A program made the position numbers and the translations under genes. This document shows positions 52,201-64,000 of a stretch of DNA of 64,000 bases, one piece after another. The notes below the pieces were generated by a model, which saw only the letters and a program-made list of their open reading frames with translations, did not search any database and was not told the DNA's origin. Source of the stretch: Glaucostegus cemiculus. Its lineage: Eukaryota. The stretch is taken from assembly GCA_976551045.1 (NCBI GenBank), contig CDPCPM010000120.1:930001-994000 (forward strand). The letters run 5' to 3'. Numbering within the stretch: the stretch's first letter is position 1; each line of letters begins with the position of its first letter.

Positions 52201-55200
52201 TCAAAAGATAAGCAAAAAAAAAAATCTCTTTACAAACTCGATTCACGTTTGGGCTCGGCCTCAGTTTCAGAAATCCAAGAAGGTTACTGTTCCAACGTCT
52301 GAAAAGTCCGCAGATAACCAATATGAACAGGAGAAAAGGAATCAATTCGGATTGTGTTACCGCCTCTCACGGAAGTTATGACAAATTACCTGTGAACGCT
52401 TTCTCGGAGGATACTTGGCTATTATCTCAGGGCCCAACTAAATCAATGCAAATAAATGCTCGGACTGCACTTGTGTGACCCTCGCCGTGCGTATCACGAT
52501 TGCCTAAAATACAGTTTGTTTTGCTCCAAAATCTGTCAGTCTTGATCCCAAACTATAAGTATTTATGCATATTATTTAATTATTTTAAGGAGAGTTTCTT
52601 TTTCAGCCTCAGGGGTACTAATTTGACAAATGTCCATTAAATATTTACCAGTTGAAAACGAATGCGAATATTTTTTTCAAAATAATTGATACTAATCGAC
52701 AAGTTTGACTTTGTGACAAGTTACACTTGAAAACACATCCTAATTAGAACGTTGGTCCAAAGCGCAGACTGACTCGGATTAATATTAAGTTTTGGACCAT
52801 TTTACTATCTGCAGAATGAAATCCTACTGAAAACAAAAAACTGCGCTGGATATTTATCACACATTAGTTGAACTCTGGGTCCATATATTACCATTCAATG
52901 TCGCTTTCCTTCAGCGAAATCAATGTCACGCAGAAAAAAAATGACTACCTTTCGCCCTTTTTATAAGTTTTGCATCTGTTGTGCGGTCACATTTAACACT
53001 GAATTGCATTCAGTCAGAAGCCGTTAGAGCAAGAATTGGCAATGGGAGAATTGAGGTTTACATTAAGTTTGTGTCAAATCCAAATTTCTGCTTCACTGCT
53101 GATGTGCTTTAAAAAATCTTTATATATCCGTCGGTATGGTAAATTATGATTCCTATTTACCCAAACTGGACGTGGTAGACTTATTGGTATTTTTTTCTCA
53201 GTGCAACGAAGCTTATTTAATAGTTTTTGATTGTTCCCGGAAATGTCAGACCGTCTTTAAGACCAGGTTTTGCTTTGCTTCCAGCTCATTTCTTCTTCAA
53301 CCTGCACATTATACATCGGTTTCTAATTCAGTCTGCACCGTATCTCCCTACAAGTTGGACTCCCGTCATTTTACTGCGAACACAATGGATTATCTCCCGG
53401 TGCGTAACTATAGGAATAATGTATATCGTTACATTTCGGGTACCAGGGCAGAGTTTATTAAGGAGTAAGGAGAAAAGGTGCATATTGAAACTGATAGGAT
53501 TCTGTATTGGTCATAAAATATGTAACTGCAAGTGACGTCAACCTATATTTGTCTCTGCATAGGCGTCACACCTTTATGGAGACAGTATGTAACATACCAA
53601 ACCGTACCGAAAAACATTGAAACCAGTGCAAAAGGCAACTTATAGCATGTAAACCATTCAACTGAGGCTCTCAGGGAATAGAACTGACTTGAGTCACGTT
53701 TTTATCTCCTTTATCTGTTTAAGAAGGCTGGATGAGCTTTTATCCAACGGATTATATATGAAGACATTTCGCAATACATTACCTTGCAATGTGGATGTAA
53801 ACAATATGATTCGGGATGTCGGAGTTTGTAATGTTACCGCGTTATCATAATTGAAACCGTTAGGTTAAAGATAAGAGACAAATGGCAGGAATGCTGAAAG
53901 AGCCCTGTATTCCTTAAAGTACAATCATTGCTTCATCAGTAAATGTGGATTTCATGGCGGCATAAATCAGATTACTGTATCTCCGTTCTTATTTTGAACA
54001 AGTTATTTTTTTAAAAAAAGTAAACGTCAACAGATTATTCCCCACAGGAAGCTCCGAAATATTTTGCATAATTACCCCTAGTGCGTAAATGCCAACTCTT
54101 ATTTGCTTTTGATGACCAAGGCGGGAGGAAGGAGGGGGAGGTAATGAAAGAAACCTAGATATTATTTGTAGTATTTTCCATCTTTACAGGTAACATTTCC
54201 GGCTCTGCGGAGACTCCGATGTGCGACAAACATGGACAAGAAATGCAGAGAAACGAACATCATTAAAACATTTCCGTTGCATTGACTCAATAAACACACT
54301 CGTTTTTCAAAAGTGTCTCTACAGCGGTTTTTTAAAAAAAAATTATAGTTGGAAATAATTTTACAAATAAATGCAAATAAAGTTAAAACGTGCATCATTT
54401 TCCCATTAGCGATTTGATTTATAAACTCGCATGGCCAATCAAAAGTGTATGCCGCTTTACGTGAAGAATACTCACTATCAATATTACACAAAATATTAAA
54501 GTCTGCTGTAACAAGCAAAGCGCCGAGCTATTAGAAGTACTGATTAATAACTAGCAGGATAATGTTCACAGCCTTTTCTGCCCGACTGCCTTTTTGAATT
54601 AGAGACGGTTGCACACTCTCCAGTGTGTCTACCTTCTAGAAGAATGAGTGACGGATATTTTTCCTCGCTCTCCTCGACTTAATGATGTAAATATTCTAAT
54701 TAGTAAATCACACTTGCTCAAGGCAAGACCGAGAGATCGAATCGCCCGCTCCGCAAAAGACGCTGCTGTTTGCTTTTTTGATGGAAAAATGTCTTTTAAA
54801 AAAAAACACGCACAAAAAAAGGAGCAACATATAAAACTTGAGATAAAGTTGCGTGTGCAGCTTTCCGCTGAGCAATCCTGGCTATTTCTAATCTGCTAAG
54901 GTTTAACTAGAAGCCGCAGGCTCGGGGTTTGGATGAAGACCCTCTTTTTCCTCATTAGTTTCTCATCACTAATCTTGGGTGTTATGTTGTCTTAAAGGTT
55001 GTCAACATTTGACCAATTCCGTGGAAAAAAAACACCATAGCTCCGGGAGTCGCAGGGCACAGCAAATAAATCGTGTTCGAACCAGCGGAACTAACAGGCG
55101 CAAAAATGTTGATAATTTATCGTTTCAAATCGTTGTTATTTCCTACCAAGCATTCAATTTTTCCCCCCTCAATGCAGAATAAAAAGGTTATAAGTATCCC

Positions 55201-55374
55201 GCGGGTAGTTGGTGGCTAATGCGGGTATTAATTGCATAAAGATTTCATGATAAGTGTAAGTAACAGTCTTGGATCGAGAGCTGGGCTTTGCTCCGGACCT
55301 GGATTGGGGGGGATATTCGCCAGCAATGAAGTGGTGGCCGCAGGACACAGCGAGAGGAGGGGAGCGGCCTCCGA

Positions 55375-55388
55375 GCGCCCCCTACTGA
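55375..55388 (-). promoter_or_regulatory. CTCF motif
   Basis: The minus strand reads TCAGTAGGGGGCGC, a 13/14 match to the CCAGTAGGGGGCGC-type core. Confidence 0.65.
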
Positions 55389-55528
55389 CGGGCGCGGCTC
55401 CGACCGAGCGGAGCCGTGAAACTGACCCGCAGTCCAGCACGTGGGGCAGAGCAGTGGACAGGCAAACGCTGCGCTGCCTAATGCTTGTGATCACCACAGC
55501 CTTACTACTCCTCAATGATGTGCGCGAA

Positions 55529-55551
55529 CACACACACACACACACACACAC
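55529..55551. repeat. (AC)n microsatellite
   Basis: Read directly. Confidence 0.9.
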
Positions 55552-58500
55552 GGCAGGAGTATGCACACACAACCGTTCACACAATGCATGCTAGAAATTG
55601 TTCAAATGCAGATGCAGGTCTTAGAAACCTACCACTTTTGTTTCAGGAATAGTCTTAATAGTTTTAGCATTTGGTTTCTCCCGCTGCAATAAAACTAGCG
55701 TGGATTGCGACTTATCAAAGGTGCAATCGCGACTTTGCCTGCAATGAGATGGAAATCCTCCGATGCTTTGGAAGCTTCGGTTTGAGAAGGGGGCTGGGTG
55801 GGTGAGTGGGAGGGAGGGAATGGCTGCAAATCGCACGTTCGGGAAATGACCGGATTGCTTCAGTGCAAAAGTTACTGACATTGTACCTGAAAGCAGCCCG
55901 TGGCGTCGTAGCTGAAAGTTAATATTCTGGAACATCAGCGAACCATAGTGCCGCCGAATCTCCGGGGAAGGCGTGTTTACCTGTGCAATTAGTCCAAATA
56001 TAGCTTATCAATAAAATGTCTATCTGGCCGACTCATGTTTTATACTGAATGCTGTCCTGAAGGGGACGTTTTTGAAATGATGGGTGCTCGGTTTCACTGT
56101 AAATTTAAACACCCTGCTATTTGCAAAGTGCGAATTCTAACAACACCGCCGTGAACATAAATCAACAAATCGCACGAAACACTGCGTTTGCTTTAAATAA
56201 TAAAAACCCACGCAGGGCTGACCCAAATTCTAAGCCACGGTAAAAAAAATCCATGCAAGATCTGTTTGAATGCAATCTTAATAATGGACAAATGTTTAAA
56301 GTACGGTCACATTACCCATTAAGAAGAGGACGACTGTCATTTTCCCCAATGTATAGGCAAAATTAGTCACGAAGTTGTCTTAAAATATAAAGCAAATAAT
56401 GAAGGCGTTATCAGGCTTCTGAGTTTAAATATTAGTCCAGGCACTTCACTACGACTATCCAAATCACTTAAAAGCATCTTCGCCAGGCTAAAACCGGGTG
56501 GATCACAACACTGCTCACACTTATTTCATATGGCTGGTATCTTCTATTGTTAACGTTCACATTCTGGTGATTGTAGAGGTTTGTAGGATAACACACTATT
56601 TGTGAAAGAAACCGCATTAAGTAGGTTGCAGCAAATAAGTCCATTGCTATGTATTTAACAGTTAAGGTGCGGCATGTTTTACCTTTGAACGACCGAGGAA
56701 GTAATTCGCAGCGTTATCTCCCCCAGTCACGGAAAATAAACAATTTCTGGTAATGCTAAACATTATTCTGTAAAATATAATGCAACATTCGATTTTACTC
56801 CTGAAACGTTCCACTAAATCCAACTCAATTCATTCTCAACCATTTTTAAAATCCAATTTTCTCATAACTGTTCTAACACAAATGTATCAGTACATTTCTA
56901 ATTCGAGGGAGAGCAGAACAAAACAACATAAAACAGAAAATAACCAGCCAAAGGAAGAATTAAAAACTCAGTAAATTACAGGAATGACTGACTCTGTAGA
57001 TCTGGTAATGCAACAAGAGTCAGAAGAACTGAAATTATTGGACAAAAAATGCTTTTGGAAAAAATCAGATAATGTACAAAATGTTACCATGATGCTAATA
57101 ATATTGCAAATAATCATTGCCTGTATCAGTCATGTTGTAAGCTATTTGCAACATTGATATTAATCAATTACAAATAGCATTTCATTAAAAGTTACAGCCC
57201 GTGTTGGTGTGAAAGGATATACCTTTAATTCAAATATCTTTCCGTGGAAAATGTGAGCCATAGTAACTTTATTAGTAGCTTTGTGTAATTGAATTCCAGT
57301 ATCATGATTATTCTGTTTGAACAATTTAAGTAAGCAATCTAAAGGTTCGATGAAACACATAACATAGGCAGAGAATTTTTGTAAAATATGTTGGGAGACT
57401 TGTTAATCCTTTATCCATCCATGCAATCCAGAGTAACAGAATGAAAGATCAGAGTACTTCATTCACAAAAAAACATAAGTTTTTCTTTAATTATTCAAAA
57501 TAACCCCCTATATTTTAAGAAAAATAAGGAGGCATTTATCATCAAATCAAATGTTTAAATGGCAACAACAAATAAACAATTGATTTAATGCTAAAATATA
57601 TTTTAAAACAATGTATCAGGTAGCAATATTAAGTACCAAACCTGTAGTAACAATGACAGGAGATATTAATCCACTGAAAATGGATGCTAGAGGAAATTTT
57701 ACAGGGAAGCGACATTTAGCAATGAGGAGACCTAGTTAGCAGCTGGAAGCATTGGTGCTGAAAAGCAATAGCTGGTGTCAAGAACTTTTTTAAGCTTTGA
57801 AGACTGCAGCTGACAGCAATATATAGTTTTCTAATAACAGTTAGTGGCAGGGGATAGTTTACCCTTCATGAAAAGTAGCACCGTACATAGCTCCTTCAAT
57901 TTTGATACCACAGTGAATTAATCTTAAATGACTATTTCATAAATGAATCTAGTAACTGATTGAGTTGGAAAATAGGCACAGAATAACATTAAAGCATTTG
58001 CCAGCATAGCTAGCTAAATGAACACAGGTGCTCAATAATTTATTTCTACCTTTACAATGTTTACTCATGTAATATCCCATCTATCTACTGCACTTTAGAC
58101 TTGTCTTCAGAGTTTTAGACATTTGGAATTATTTAATTTCTTTGAAAATCATAGGCAGCATACTATTCATGTATATTAATGCATTGTGCAAATGTCTGCC
58201 AAATCATTTTCCTAAGAGAGAAAAAAATTGAAACAGCATTAAAGTAAAACTTTGAAGATTGGTTTGTACTCTCAAATATTTACTATTTCAATACCACACC
58301 CCTCCAAATGCAAGGAGAGGTCGGGCAAAAGCCACAGGTTCTTCTTGGCTGTGGTGTTATGCAAATTGCAGCCGCCACAAAACAAATTGAGCAGAATGAG
58401 ATAAATAGTGTTGGTCCTTCTCTAACCTTCTCCCTACAACACTCAGTGTCTGCATGGAGCTCTTGCAATCACGTGCAGAGGAGATGGGGCCTGCAAAGCA

Positions 58501-59728
58501 CGAGTTCACCATTCACTCTGTCTCGTGCAGCACCCATCCCAGTCACCAACGGAGAGGAAAAGGCCCAGAGAAAAGTCATCTGGTGGTCAGGCAGAAAGCA
58601 GAACAGAGCCAGTTCCTGAAGTGAGCGACAGTGACTGACAGGCTGGCTGTGACTTGAACTTTTGACTCTCTTTTTGAGACCAAAATGCCCAGCTGTTTGA
58701 ACAACTGGTTAAACCCTGCCTGCTCTCCTTCACCTACCACTGCCTCCCACAGTGGTCAGTGATTTGCTCAGATAACTTACCTAAACGACAAGCAAGGGAA
58801 GCAAAACAAAAACCACATCAAATGGTTAATCAAAAGGCAGGATACGTTCACGTTCATAGCTTTCATTGAAACTGCTACACCCATATCATCTGCCTTTCCC
58901 ACTCTCTATGTAATAACTGGTGAATGAGTTAATCATATAAGTTAAAGTGAAATTCAGTTCTGATTGGGAAGCCACCCCTGAAACCACCAGGTTTCTAACA
59001 TCATAATTTTACATGCTGCTTTCCTGGTTGCATATTTCTTTCCCAATAATTGCTTTTCATTTTACTAACTTATGTAGTTAAACTCGTCTCTCAAGAATCT
59101 TGTGCTACATTTTGAGCACCATCTTGTACTGACATGAAGTCAACAGAAAGTGTAAGGAGGAATGTTGAAAAACCAGCTCAGGCCTTACCTTTTCCCTCAA
59201 GGTCACCTGCCAATCTGTGAGTGACCTTTTAGTTTCCCAAATATAATCCACAACAGCCAGCTTGATCCATGTTGATGAACAGTTCTTGCCCACTGCAATT
59301 TAATCTGCTCTCTCCAAAACTGACTGGTATTCAGGAAGTACGGGTATGTTTTCCTCACTCCATTTTCTAGTTCGGCTCACTGTCATCACTTCATAGTCAC
59401 TCATCACCTTCCTGTTTGCTTGCTCTTCTCTCTTTGATCCAGCCTCTCTTGTCATCTGAAGGCATATAATTAACAATATTGCTAATACCTTTTTATATTT
59501 CCTTCCCAAAACAGAACTACACATGATTTCAACCAAACTATTTGCAATTGTTTCCTCATTCCAGTCCATTAACAGGCAGGTGTTAACCAACTTCATATTT
59601 AGACATATTTATGTGGATTAGACCTACCATTGTATAGAAACGGTACCAAATAATTCAAACATCGGTTTAACTAATGCATGATACAAACAAAGACAGGCTT
59701 GTGCAATGGAAATTTCAATATTTTTTTA

Positions 59729-60877
59729 ATCCCATTATCAGTTAAGCCCTAATTTTCGTCTGAGACCTTCATTTTGGCAGTTTGTCATTGGCATTCTTCT
59801 AACCTTTAGTTTGTTGACCTTGCCTCAATCTCCAGGGTCAGCCTAATTTACACACTGTAGTCAAGCTTCTCAGTGTCAATAATGCTTCTCTTTGGTAGCC
59901 TGCCATTTAGAAGGAATTCCACCATCTGCCATCTGCTAAGCATATATTGATATTAGAGTTACGGGATTATACAACCTTAAGTGGTTCTCCTGACTAGCTG
60001 TTGTGGAGAAGGGTGCATTGGAAAATAAATATCCCTTGTACATGTCCCTTCCCTTGGATTCTTAAATGCTTTCCTCTCTGACAGGTTCTGTGCATTTACT
60101 CTACTGCATGATCCATTCATGTACTCACTCATACCTTTGTTAATTGACAGGCAGCCCACTAGAAGAGAGAAAACATAAACTAAACTATCATCCTCTTACT
60201 CACTTTGTGTGAGGTAGTGGACAGAACCCTGGCCCCAGTTCATTATTGTTCTCATATCTAATTTTTCTTGAACCTGTTCACTATTTGCACCAAACTGTCC
60301 AGTGAAGCTTAAATCCATGATGCTAAAAGCTACAGTTGAAGAGATCTCAACAAGATAGCACTGTGACACAGATTCTCTGCTCCTCTTATCTTTGGCGTGA
60401 ACGATGACAATTATCATCCTTTTTCAGCTTTTAAAAGGCTTTTCAATGTACACCAGTGGACCTCAGATGTTTTTAGTACCTCTTGGTGCAACACTTGGTT
60501 GAATGCTACTTTGATTCCAAGAGTGGTCTTTGTCTCTCCTTTGCATTTAGCTTTTATGTTTAAATGTGAACCAAAGATATGAAAATTCCTGGCAAGCCCA
60601 ACCCAAGAGCAGCAAGTAAGTTGGGGAGGAACAAATGTTAGAGGAAACTCTAATATCAATATATGCCTAACAGATGGCAGATGGTGGAATTCCTTTTAAA
60701 TGGCAGGCTACCAAAGAGAAGCATTATTGACATTGAGAAGCTTGACTACAGCGTGTAAATTAGGCTGACCCTGGAGATCGAGACTAGGTCAACAAACTAA
60801 AGGTTAGAAGAATGCCAATGACAAGCTGCCAAATTGAAGGTCTCAGACGAAAATTAGGGCTAAACTGATAATGGGAT
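59729..60877. repeat. Long inverted repeat: arms 59729-59960 and 60646-60877, 685-bp spacer
   Basis: Manual alignment gives 232 bp with 11 mismatches and no indels. Confidence 0.97.
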
Positions 60878-63800
60878 GAAAATAAATTGTTGAGAACTTC
60901 TCCCATCACGATGCTCATTGTAGTAATTGGCAATGAAGTGGGCAGGAACAGTCTAGTTAAGGTGATGCTGCAGGTGGAGACACGTTGGAGCCTGCAGTTT
61001 AGTGAGGATTGCCTCAATCTTATGCATTTGGAGACACATAGCATCTCAGACAGACCAATTGCACACAGTAACTAAGAGGAAATAAAATTGTCACACACAC
61101 AGATCACATGCACAGGAAGGACATTTACTTGCTTTTAAGAGGCACTGCCTCCAGAAAGGGTTCTTGTCGCGGCGCTGGACTTTGTCAAGGCCTGTTACCT
61201 TTGGCAGCACAGTTGGAGGTCAAGTTAGTGTAGGTGAAAACATATTCCTCAGGATTTGGCAAAATTGGGAGCATTACTCCTTACTGAGCAGACAGGTACT
61301 GAGAATGTGGTACCTCACTAGGCACCTGTCGGTAAACTTCAGTAGCAATTCATTCAATGCAATCCTTCTCTTCCAGTTCACCTGTTTGCTGATCATTGTC
61401 TGCTACTTCCAGTTGTATAGCATTCTCATCTCACCAAAATCGGTTTTGCAATACTGTGTTGCAGGAAGACATCTGATTCTCAGTCTTTACCAAACTACAA
61501 CACACTTGATGATAATTTTGGTGTATGTGCGGACATCATTTTACCTGGGCACGGTTGCTATGGAAGCTTGTGAGTCTGAGCTGTAGGGCATAGAATTAAT
61601 CTCCTGGGAACCAATTTTGCACGCTCCTTTCTGGGTGGTATTAAAACAAAGGGATGAGAAATGCTGCTTAAGCTGCAGACGTTTACCTGCACACTTGTGT
61701 GCAGATGGTGGCACATTAATAGTGGGGTAATCCTTTGCAGTCATGAATGAACAATTATTGTACACAGAAGCACCAGGGCCATTTGGGTACCATTAATAAC
61801 ACACTGGACCTTGGGTAACCTTGCTACTTGAAAAATGCAGTGGCCTCTTGTGCTGTTGTCAGTTGTCCATGGGGAAAGTTAAGTGCTACCTCTGGCAAAC
61901 AATGCATCAGTCACCTGCTCTATACATCTGTGCACTGCAGATTTACTGATGTCTCTAGTGGCAGCCTAGATTGAGCCCGAGACATAAAACACTAGGGCAC
62001 AAGTGGACTACAACATGTCCTGGAGATTGGTTACCATTCAAATTGAAACATATAAAGCATAGCTATGTCATAGCCTTCTGGATGAATCCTTATGCCAAAA
62101 GAACACCCCAGGCAAAGTCCAGGTACCTGCTTACATAAAATGGATTTGGAGGGTAAAAGTGGGTGGGTGTATTGCAACTTTAATGCATCTCACATCTTCA
62201 TTTTCCTCCTCTGAATGACTTAAAAACAAAGGAATTTCGTAGGGCCACTTGTGTCCAATGCTGTAGGTACACATGCACAAAGAAAACCAGCAACTTATCA
62301 CACAAGTGTCAATTTTGCTTTGGAAACTGAGTTGAAGCTATCAGTGCTTCATATTATTACAGTGATATTGACAAATTCTAGAGGACATATATCCTGCAGT
62401 CTTCTCCAGCAAAAAAATGGAAAATCAGTGCCTGATGAGGGGTTGTGTTTACAAACTATTTTGTAATCTACCTTTGAAAATGGTAGGCAATGTCAGGGGT
62501 ATTGGTGAGATTTTAGTTTGTATTCTAAGCCAGAGTTACTGTTGTGATACTGCCCGGAGATAAATTTACATGTGTGGAATTGAATTCACTGATAAACAAA
62601 AAATAATGTATTTTACTATCTTTTTTTGTGTTTATTTATGCTATTTTGTTTCTACCTGAAAGACTGGAACATACACACATGGCTATTTTCCATTCTGGAG
62701 TTTATCAAGAAGTAGTCAGAAAAGAAATGTACCCCTTACTTCTAGGTTTGTGGTCTAACAGAAAATGTCAATGTGATTGGCTGCTGAATCAGCCTGATGA
62801 CACCAGTGTTGCTCGTCACCAGGGATCCCCTCGATTGACGCTTGACAGCAGCTGATGTCAGGCTCAGTGATGGCCAGATCTTTGTGGGCAGCCGTCTTCA
62901 AAGTCAGTGGAGAGCAGAGCTGCTGCATCACTGATTGCAAAACCCAGGCCAATAAGGAGCACCAAAAACCAATTGAATGACGAATTTTATACTTTCATGC
63001 TGAAACATTAAAATGTAAGACACAGCAAATTAGCATGGAAATTTCATTGTGCAGAACTAACAACGCACACTTGACACATGGGTCAGAAAATGGTACAGCT
63101 TCCATCATGCCGTAATAAAGCTCTCACCCATTTCTGGTAGGAGATTCCAGTAGTCAAATTGAGTGCAAACACACAACATTGGTTAACACTGAGCAGCAGG
63201 GATATCTGCCCACATTTGCTTACTGCTCATTAGGTCTCGATTTAATTTGGGCACAGGGGTGGGGGGTTAATGGAGTCAAATTTGCCTACTTAGCCGTTCT
63301 TTATAACATGGCAATTATAGTACAAATTGTGATTTATTCTCACAAAATATTCAATTTCTTCAAGGTGATGAACACTCACGACAAAATTTCCAGAAAACTA
63401 AAACATATTTTTAATACTATATATTTACTATTGAAGCACCTAAATATGTAGAGCTCAATGTGCATTACATATATTGACACCTGACTGACTGCATTCCACA
63501 GATGACACTTTGTAGGACAAACAACAATGAGATTTTTAGGCCCCATATACCGTGTTTTTGATATGCTTACATTTATCCTTGTAAGCTTCCATTGCATTAT
63601 TAAGTATATCCAATTCATTTCCCAAGGAAATAATTCATGGACCATGTTTGACACGAGACCATTATACTATCAGGTAAATAAATTTCTTCCAATTTCTAGT
63701 CTTTTACAGAGTTTACCAATTTAACAGTCATGTTTCTCAGTTCCATTATTACAGCTTCAATCTGATGACTTGTTTACACCCTCAACATTATAAAGACTGC

Positions 63801-64000
63801 ATTGAAGTCCCTGATTTACCCTCTTTCTGGGAGAACAAGTTTGATTGTAGTCTCCCAAGTCTGGAATCCTAGTAAGTCTTTTTGTTCAGCTGTGGATAAT
63901 CTGAGAAGTATCAATATGTCCATGAAGGTGGGTGGTTAAAATAGAATAATATAACAAAGGTTGCCTTTAATTTGATCTACAAGGATTTTAGGCAGGTTTG

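Larger units (their letters stand above)
49850..56750. promoter_or_regulatory. CpG-retaining domain 3' of MEIS2, with a core CpG island at ~55270-55530
   Basis: CpG is visibly more frequent than in flanking DNA. 16 CpGs counted in 55321-55500. No transposons recognised. Confidence 0.7.

Noticed and set aside
55228-55594. Overlapping ~120-aa ORFs on both strands in the CpG island
   Set aside because: Explained by stop-codon scarcity in GC-rich DNA plus an (AC)n repeat. No protein similarity recognised.

Overview
Vertebrate genomic DNA. The SINE, Penelope and CR1 repertoire suggests a cartilaginous fish, probably a ray or sawfish-type batoid (inference). The window holds the 3' half of MEIS2, a TALE homeobox gene, on the + strand. 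Five exons are readable: 9084-9160, 43056-43114, 45176/45197-45286, cassette exon 45589-45684, and terminal exon 47917-~49290. Together they encode the end of the homeodomain and both alternative C-termini (...DGQWHYM* and ...VMDIHAQ*). The window starts inside an intron, and a 33.9 kb intron splits the homeodomain Trp codon. Retroelement debris (Penelope-like, CR1, L2, RTE, a young Rex1/Babar copy, tRNA-derived V-SINEs) clusters at 3-5 kb and 23-40 kb. Other stretches are nearly repeat-free and look like conserved enhancers. Most notable observations: a GC splice donor followed by an in-frame 81-nt extension that ends in an overlapping GT donor / stop / AATAAA; a CpG-rich 3' domain with a reverse-oriented CTCF motif; a 232-bp, 95%-identical inverted repeat downstream of the gene; and local DNA captured inside a hammerhead-bearing Penelope end. 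Nearly all entries in the ORF track are spurious. No prokaryotic-type system (CRISPR etc.) is present.
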